From NCBI GenBank assembly GCA_002104945.1, contig MCFH01000002.1, positions 62,001 through 126,000 of the forward strand: DNA of 64,000 bases, in the 5' to 3' direction. The DNA comes from Piromyces finnis finn. Lineage: Eukaryota > Fungi > Neocallimastigomycota. Positions 54,401-64,000 of the stretch are shown piece by piece. How positions within the stretch are numbered: the stretch's first letter is position 1; every line of letters begins with the position of its first letter. A program made the translations under genes and the position numbers. The notes under the pieces were generated by a model. The model saw nothing but the letters and a program-made list of their open reading frames with translations, did not search any database and had not been told where the DNA came from.

Positions 54401-57400
54401 ATAAATAGAATAAATAAATAAATAAATAAATAAAAAAAAAAACATTAATTTATTAAAATATTAATTATCAAACTAAAATAAATAATGAATAAAAAATAAT
54501 TAAAAATGTTAAAAGAATAGATTAAAAAAAATATTTATAATATTAAATTTTTTTATAATTAATTAAAAGAGTCTGTTAAGTTTTTATTAAAATAAATTTA
54601 AAGTTACATATATAAATTTATAATAAATTAATAATAATTTCTGTTTTTTTTTTTTTTTTTTTTTTTTTTTATTTTTAATTTTTTTTAGTGTTATTTTTCT
54701 AGTGTTAATAATAAACTTATTTATCTGAACCCAATTATATATACATATTTTAAACAAACAGTAAATAGTGAATTTAACAATAAAATAAATATACTCACTT
54801 ATACATACCACTGTTAGTAATTAACAAAAAGAAACCACATACAATACACTTTTATATTTTGTACATAATAATTAATTCAACAGACTTCGAAAATAATTTC
54901 CACAAATATAATACATATAATTAAATATAAATCAATATTTTAAATACATAGTTTAGAAAGTATATATAATAACTATTTATAACATCTTATACTAAATAAT
55001 AGATTATAAAATAATAGCTTGTTATATATATTATACCAAACTATTCATTCCAAAAAATATTTATCTTATAGTAACATTAAAATATAAGGTTTCTTGATTT
55101 AAAGGTAAATTTTTTTTTTTATAATCAATGTAAATACCTTCAAAAAGATATTTGAATTTCTTTTAATACATGAATAATAATAAATCACAAAATTTAATAA
55201 GTAAATACATAGCGGTATAATTTTAGTATAGCAAAATTAAAATAATAGGATAATAAAATAATATTGTTAAAATAATAATTTGATAGTTTAATAGTAAAAT
55301 TAATAAGTAATATTATAGAAACCATGAAACAATATTATATATAGAACAGTTATATAAAATGTAGCTATTTTTTTTATTAAAAAATATATTATGAAAGATT
55401 TTATTAATTCAAACTATTTTTATATAATTTCTATATTTTAATAAGCTATCTATTTTTAGAACTTTAATAGATTTAACATTTCATTTCAATTATTTATTTA
55501 CATATTTTTTGAACCATAATAAGGTAATTTTTTTTTAATATTCAATAGACGTTAACATTTCTTTTATATATTTTGATGTATTATTGATATTTTTAAAAAA
55601 AATATGATCTTTTGTTTTTTATTCCACAATGAATAATAAATAAATTATACTTCAAAAAATTCTTAATATAAATTATGAGTAATATAAATTAAATAGTTTT
55701 TAATTAAAAAGAGAATATATTAATAGTAAATTTGTAATCAGTGTAGGTTAGAATTATCCACCAAATAAGAATTTATATAGTAATGATATTGATAATAAAT
55801 GAATGAATAAATAACTAAATAAATAAATGAAAATTATTAACAAAAAAAATTATTAACAAAAAAAATAAATAAATAAGTAAATAAATAATTTAAAATATAT
55901 AATTGAATAAGTAAATGAATAACTATGTAAAAAGTAAATAAATATAGTTAAAAATATGCCTATGAAAGTGATTTCAAAAATAAATTCTGTTAGAGAGAAA
56001 TCAGTTCATACCATCACTAAATAAACTCTAGATTTAATTTTAATTAAAGTATTAAATATGAAATAATATACAAGAATATAATTTAAAAGTTAACTTTTCA
56101 CATAAATTAGAATTGATTACATTATATATGAAATACATAAATTATTTTTGTTATTAGAAAAAGTTTAATTAATGAGTTAGAATTAATAATCAACACACAT
56201 ATAAACAATATAATGGAATATAATTGAAAATATATAATTAATACATTAAATAGTTTTAAATACAAATGAAAAATTTATTCGATAATCATTTAAATAGAAA
56301 TAAAGTTTAATATATGATAATAATATATAAAAATATAATGTATGAATTTATTTATTGAATAGGTTACAATTATACATACAAAAAAATTAAATTTAAAATT
56401 ATATATTGATAATATATTCTAATATATTAATATTTACAATTTTTCCATAAAATTTTTCATTCGTATAAGGATTTTTATTTATTTATTTGCAATATATACA
56501 AATATAGTTATATATAATATAATAAATTATAATATATAACCAATATAATCTAATTAAAATTAAAGTGTAATAAATTAGTTTAAAAAAATTATATTATTTT
56601 TTTCTTTCAATTTTTTACACAAATTATTTAAATATATAAATTATTGTTGTATTGATAGAGATAGTAGTAATATAGAAAACTTTAAAACTCTAAAAAAAAA
56701 AAAGATATTATATATTAAAAATAAAATAATATATATCAATATCATAGGCATAGATTAGTAATAATGAAACCAATACTTAATTGATTTATCATATAAATGT
56801 ATAATAGACAATGAATTAATCAATTAACAAAAATAAATTGAAAAAGTTAATATTTAGGCAGTTTTTTTTAAAACAATATTAAACAATCAAATTATATTAA
56901 CTTTAAAGCTCATACATAAATTAACATAAAGAAAAACAATATCATATAAGAGTAATAGAATATTTAAATTGAATATTTTATTACTAATAGAACCATACAA
57001 CAATACATTATACATTTATTAGTGAAACTTGTATAGTATAAAACATTTAATTAATATTTAATCCTTATAATCAATTTTTTTTATCACTGTCTTATTCGAC
57101 ATATCTATTATAAATCAATCAAGATATCATAAATAGTTTTTAAAGAATTTTTTGATATCATTATTATAGAAAATTATATATTATTGATTTTGAACTTTGA
57201 ATAATTTATAATTGTATATAAGTTAAATACAAAAATTGATATTTTCTAAAATAAATTGTAAGTTATTGTTACTTTAGAGATATAAAATGATTTTAATGTG
57301 TGGTTAAAAATAAATCAAAACAATAAACATAATAGTGATAATGTTGATAATAACAAAAAAGATAAATTTATCAAAATATAATTATTTTTGTAAAAGATCA

Positions 57401-57506
57401 TATATATTTAATTTCAATTTTATAATATTATAATATAATAAAAATTAAGAAAAGTAACTAATAATATTAAAATAAAATTAATTATGATATATAGGTAGCA
57501 AAACAA

Positions 57507-59316
57507 ATGCAGACATTCTACGGTTTCGTTCAAACTACAAATGACGCTTTACTTTTATTTGAAGCTTGTCGTATAGGTAAGCTTAAGCGTATTCAAAGAC
57601 GTTTATCAGAATCTGAGCGTTTATCCCAAGTTGCTTCTGGTTCTGTATTTATTTGGGATGAAGAAGAATCTGGTATAAAACGTTGGACTGATGGAAAAAC
57701 ATGGTCACCTTCTAGAATTCATGGTTCATTCTTAATATATAAGGTATTTTTTCTATATGCTAATAATGGAATTTGTAAATAAAAATTTTTGAAAAAAAGT
57801 GTATTAAATATAAAAATATAAATGTATATTAAAAAGGAAATGGAACCAACTAGTAAAAGAAAAAATATGAATAATTCTGGTAATGAAGAAACTCCATCAG
57901 GGGTTAAAGAAGATGGTTTAATAAAAAAGGCATTATCAATTTGTACAGCCAATAATAAAAGACAACATTTAGTTTCATATTATTCTAGAGAAGATTTTGA
58001 TAATGCAAGATTACCAATTCCATCAGAATTACATGAATATACAAGTATTAGTATTCCAAGTGAATTATATCCAGAGTTTGTTCCAGAAACCGTTCCAACA
58101 GTAAATGGTTCTATGGGATACTTTTATTGTGACCCAAATGTTAGAGGAATTGAAGGCCAACAAGCTGCTCAAGCCCATAGACAAGCACAATACCCACAAT
58201 TAGCTTTGCCATCAACTGAAAGTATGTTTTTTTTTTATTTTTAATTTATATTTTGATATATCTTTAATATTAATTATTTCTGAATTTTTTTTTTCTGCAG
58301 TCGTTAATGTACAAACAGCTGCAAATACAACGGACTATGAAAGAGAAATATATCAACATAATATACATTATCGTACTCCACCATCAAATGATTATCAACA
58401 AACTCAACATTCATCATATCAACATCCACAGAATTATCAACCTCGTGCTCCATCACCACGTTACTTAGATAATCAACCAACTCCACCACAAGTTGAGGGA
58501 TGGGGTGTTGAAAGATACCCATATCGTGCATCAGTGGGTCATCATCATTATGCAGACCGTTCTCATCCTTATGCTCGTCCATCAATTATGCCAAATAGAA
58601 TCGCTGGTCAAGCCTATGGAAGAGAACCATATCTTCCACCATCACCAACCTCAAATGCTAGAAATGTTTACCCAGGTTATTCATTATCACCAACCTCACG
58701 TTCTGCTAACCGTATTCCTCAACAAGCTGCATACCCACAAGGCGTTTATAATCATTCACGTCGCTCAAGTGGTAATCAATCTATTCCACCATCACCAGTA
58801 TCTAATCAACATTTACGTCAAGGTAGTAGTGCCGTTAATACGACTGCAATCTCTGAAGAAACTTCTGATCAAAGCTGCTCAGATAATAGATTTGTTTTAC
58901 CACCACCATTAAATATTCAAAATACCATGGTTGATAGTAGTTCCTCTTCATCATACTTCCAATCAAATACCATGATAAAACCATTAAATCATACTAGTGG
59001 AGCGGCCAGTGGAGCTGTAGCTGCTAATCCAGAAAATTCCCAAAACTTACCTCCATCTCCATCACAATCACAATCCATAACTGTTACCACAGCAGTAACA
59101 CAAGCTAGTGTTAACGATCCATTGAATCCTGTCTCTTCAGTAGCTACACAACAATCAGTTACACACCCAGTTCAAGGGGTTGCCAGTACAATAAATACTA
59201 ACAGTGTTAGTGATCCAGTAAAAAATGTAACAAATATAACACTTCCACCAATACCTTATACCAAGATGGCTACAACTCAACAAGTTACCACTAATACTCT
59301 TTCCTCTTTTAATTAA
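57507..59316 (+). CDS. Gti1/Pac2 (WOPR) family transcription regulator; 3 exons
   Basis: MQTFYGFVQTTNDALLLFEAC...RRL...ER...SGSVFIWDEEESGIKRWTDGKTWSPSRIHGSFLIYKE and KEDGLIKK...HLVSYY are the two WOPR half-domains. Introns at about 57744-57831 and 58222-58300; P/S/Q-rich C-terminus. Confidence 0.93.
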
Positions 59317-62300
59317 GTCATAATTAATAAATTGTAAAAAAAAATAATCATTATAATATTTAATCTTTCAATCTCAATATATAAACTCAATATACACAAA
59401 TTAATATTTCATTTTTTTTTAACTTTTTATTTCTTATCAATATTTTTTTTCTTTTTTTTTTTTTTTCATTATTTTTTCATTATTTAATCAAAAATTGGTT
59501 TATATTTTTTTTATTCAATTAATTTAAATACATTTAAGATATACGCATCTTTTTTTTTTTTAAAAAAAAGATAAAATGAAATTAAGCAGGACGGGTTTAT
59601 ACACGAAATAAAAACATTTATTAAAAAAGAAAAATATATATATCAAGAAATGATAGTTTTTTTTTTTTATTTATTTTATTATTTATATTTTTAATATTAT
59701 ATTAGGGAAATAGGAATTATAATGTATATAGTATATATTTTTCTGTTTTTATTTTTTTTTGTATTTACTCTATAATTTTATTTTTGTTATTATAATAATA
59801 TATATATAAAAAAAAGAGAAAAGAAATAAAAGAATAATATATTAAAAAAAAAATGAAATATTAATGTAAAAGAAAGACAATCATTTAATTATATTTTTTT
59901 TTTTTACGATAAACTATTATTATAATACATTAGTGAAAAAAAGGCAACCCTGATATACATTTTCTATATATTATTCAAATGTAGCAGCCAAGAAAGTTTT
60001 TTTTTTAAAAAAAGAAAAAAGAGATATCTATTGATAATTTAAATATATATATAAAAGCAAACTAAACTTTTCATGCCTACACATGTTAAATAGGAAAAAG
60101 ATAAAATCAATATTATTTATTATAAAAGCAAAGTAAAGCAAAGTAAAACAAACAAAAGTAAACATTTATATACTAATATTTAATATTTTTTAATTTGATG
60201 GGAAGGCTATTAAAATTCTTTTTAAGCTATAACATTTATTTCTTATTTTTTAAAATACAATAATAAACCAGAAAAAAAAAATTATTATAATCATGCTAAT
60301 AATAATAACATCAACAATATTATATATTAATAATTTCAAATTCATATTATAAATAATAAAAATAAAAAAAAAAAAAAAAAAAAAGGACTATTTTGTTATT
60401 AATTTTTTTTTATCCAATTCAATTTTAGTGTATATGTTTTTTTCACCTTAAAAAGTTTTGCAATATATTAATTTCTATTAACTTTTTTTAAACTTTTTTT
60501 TTTAAATTTCTTTATTTAGATATTAATTAAACTTTAAAGATAAAAAGGTTTTTAATTCTTTTTTTTTTTTAAAGTTTTTCTTTATGTATTATATTAAGAA
60601 ATAAGGATCTATTTATTATAAATTTGATATTTTCTTATTATTTTTATAAAAAAGAAAAGTAATACGTTAATATAATCAAAATCAATATTTTTTTTTTTTT
60701 TATATTTCTAAAATATAGTGTATACATTTTAAAATTTAAAATGAATTTTGACAATAAATAATAATTTAATATAAAAAAAAAAAAAAAACTTTAATAGAGA
60801 ATTATATAAATAATTTTCTATTCTTTTTGCTTTCAAACTAATAATATCCCTATACATTTATTTCTGTAAAAGATTAGCATTGTTCTTTTTTTTTTTTATA
60901 TATCATTGTATAGTGTAATATATGTAAATTAAGGATATGATTTAATTAAAAAAAATTAATTTAAATAATTTAATTATTATTATATTTTAATAAATGAAAA
61001 AATAAAAAATAGTTAATTTCACCAGAAAAAGTTAAATTTATTTTTTTTTCTATTTTTCTTAATGGTTATATAGGGGTTTCATGGTAAAAAGAAAATTAGT
61101 TTTCTTTTTTAATTAAACCAAAAATAGAAGATTATTAAATATAATTAACATTATCTTTTCTTATTAAATAAAATTTATTATTGTACTTATTATTTCTTTA
61201 TTTACTTGAAAATATCCATCAAAAACTACTTTTTTATTTAAATTATTATTTAATTATTTTTTTAGTACTAGTAACAATAATAACAATAATAACAATAACA
61301 TTATTATTATTATTATTAAAGATCTATTTTTTTTAAAGTTTTCAATTTTTTTCTCCTGTTCTATCCTGTATATCTGTTATTTTTATGCAATCCTTTTAAA
61401 CTTAAAATACCTAATTAAAAAGAACAATAACAAGCAACCTTTTATATTTTTTTTATAGTATGTCAATTTAATTAAAAAATAAAGTATTTTATATTAACAT
61501 GAGTATACAAAAAAAAAAAACCTTTTTATTTTATTTAATAGTAATTTTTCCTTTTAATGCAAAGAAAAAGCATGGTTCAAAAAGTAAAAAAATAAAAAAA
61601 CAAAAACCTTATCTAACTCTAATTCAACAGATGAATTTCAATATTTTATTGTCATCATAATTATAGATTGCAAAGTTGTTGAATGAATTTGTAATGGCAA
61701 TAAATCTATGGTATTAAATAAAATTATTATTGCAATCTTCTCCCTAATGGCAAAATGAAATTGTTTTATATTGAGTCATTCTTTTTTTTCATTGCTCTTT
61801 ATTTTATCATTAAAAATTCAAATTCCGAATGATATTGAATTAGTTATTAATATAAAGTTGAAATTTTTTCATCCACTCTATAAAAGAAAAATTGAAAATA
61901 ATAATAAATTAAATTTAATTAAAAGAATGCAATATATTCTAATATGTTTAATATATATAATTTTTTAATTCTTTGTTACTATTTCAATAGTTCCATTTTT
62001 AATTTTTAATGTAGAGATGTATAGATAATATATTAACCAAATCAATATATTTTAAATTATTTTAAAGTTTTAGATATAATAGAGTTTATCCATTTTGACA
62101 ATAAAGTTAATAAAGTTGGATCACTTTATTATAAAATTAACTTTTACTCTGCCCCTTTGCATTACCATATAATAAATTAAAAAAATTTGATTCTTTCTAT
62201 AAAAGTATCATCAAAAAAGTTAATAATCTAGTTAATAAAAATTTTATATTAAATTCTATATATAGTATTATTTAATTAATTAATAAAGCATTCATAATTT

Positions 62301-64000
62301 GTAGAATTAAAATTGATCATCTTTCTTGTTAGGAATAAGCTTTAATACTTTTAAAATTGATAGAGCGTAGCTCATTATTTATTATTATAAAATATAGTAT
62401 ATTTGATAAAATAAAAACAATGGCATTATTTATAATTTTAATGTTTAAATTATTAATACTATTAAAAAGAGAAAAAAAAAGATTTATTCTATTTTATTAT
62501 TATTAAAGGAATAATTAATATTGATTTTGAAAGGGATGTATTAAGTGTCTACCATTTAATATTAATTAAAAAGAATATCCTATTAACTATTAGTTGATTA
62601 ATATTAAAAAGAAAAAATACATAAAGAACAAAAGATTGTAAATTCGCACAATCGTTAAAAATATTATTTATAATAAATATCTATGGCAAATATGGTTATG
62701 CGATGCGTCTATTAAGTGTTAGTATCGCTCTTTATTCTATTATTAATATTAATTTAGTTTAGGTATTTTTTTTTGTTTTCTTTTTTTTTACACCTTTTTT
62801 TTTATTATAAAAAGTATGATTTAAAAAATTTTCTTTTGTTTTTTTTTTTCCTTTTTTAATTAATAAAAAAAATAAATATTAAAATTTTTAGGATTACAAA
62901 ACTTTTTTTTTTTATTATAAAAAAAGGAGATGATATAAAAGATGAAAAAAGATATGCAAAATCATTTCAAAAATTGATTGGTAACTTTCCCTAAGAGTGT
63001 AAATAAATGATGATCAAAAAAAATTTTTTTATCCATTAAATTAAAACAGTAATTGTTATCCTCAATTTAATATTTATAAAAAATATTGTTTTTTTTAAAG
63101 ATGCATTGTAAGCAATAGGATTAAATCCCTTAAATTGACAATTAAAATAATAATAAAAATTGATTTTTTTTTTTTGAATAGTTTGAATTTATATAACAAA
63201 GTTGCTTTAAATCAGCAACCTGAATTATTTATTTTAATTTTGAATGTAGGACAAGCAGATTAAAAAAAATTACACTTTTATAATTTTTGGATAGGTAAAA
63301 ATAAAAAACTTTATTTATTATATTTTTTTAAAGAAAAAGATTCTATTTGAATATTAATTATTAAATAAGATTCAATTTTTTAATTTATTAATGAGTAGCT
63401 AAAACAAAGATGTAAAACAAAGATGACATTAAATAAACTATATATAAACAAAGTTATTATATATATAAAATATAAAAATATATAAAAATATGAGACATAT
63501 AATATATTCTTTAAATTAAATTAAAACTAATTTTTAATTTATTTATTTTAATATTAAAGATAAGAAAAAGAAATTACAAATAATCATATATTTATCATAT
63601 ATTTTGAATGTATAAAAAATTATTTTTGTATACATTGTGACAACCTAATATAAAATTCATATAAATTCAATATATATGAGGGGTAATATATATTATGTTA
63701 TATATATTATAGGATAAGGATTTAAATAGTTTTTTTTATAATAATTGTAATAAATACGATAAATATCCATTTTGTGTGGATTATTTCATATATCATTTTG
63801 ATTCTTTTCAGGCATGAATAGTATGATAAATGAAATAGTGTTGTATTTATTTATTTCTTTTTTTTTTTTAAAGTTTAAAATTCATAGTTCAATTTTTAGT
63901 AAATTAATCATATAAAGAAAAAACTATATGTTTTTTATTTTTATCACCAAAATAATAAAGTTATTAAGCTTTTTAATTCTTAATTACATTTTATGTATTT

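Noticed and set aside
52680-56690. TTAAAGTTT/AAACTTTAA Wor1/Ryp1-like sites upstream of the WOPR gene
   Set aside because: The same AT-rich 9-mer also occurs elsewhere in the window. No enrichment can be claimed without a background model.
59317-64000. Short AT-rich ORFs and slightly GC-richer patches near 61.6-62.7 kb
   Set aside because: No recognisable motifs, splice-consistent exon chain or similarity to the LINEs in this window.

Overview
Extremely AT-rich eukaryotic DNA with short GT-AG introns. Composition, microsatellites and gene content point to an anaerobic gut fungus (Neocallimastigomycota); this is inferred, not proven. Host genes: an intronless squalene-hopene/tetrahymanol cyclase, a small single-pass membrane protein, an Nse2/Mms21 SUMO ligase, a flavocytochrome-c-type fumarate reductase with a C-terminal cytochrome b5 domain and a spliced -SKL terminus, Pdx1/Snz1, a spliced bacterial-type chorismate mutase-prephenate dehydratase fusion (PheA/P-protein), Ipi3/WDR18, an acidic-repeat membrane protein, a large ankyrin/coiled-coil protein and a Gti1/Pac2 (WOPR) regulator behind about 9 kb of apparently gene-free DNA. 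Mobile DNA: one apparently intact full-length single-ORF LINE (24321-30032) with a 14-bp TSD, a poly(A) tail and a 5' end built from tandem, highly structured 124-bp monomers. Two TSD-flanked 5'-truncated LINE copies are nested in an older LINE relic (4.7-8.1 kb), and two further degenerate relics are present. No tRNA, rRNA or CRISPR array was recognised. Exon structures were assembled by eye.
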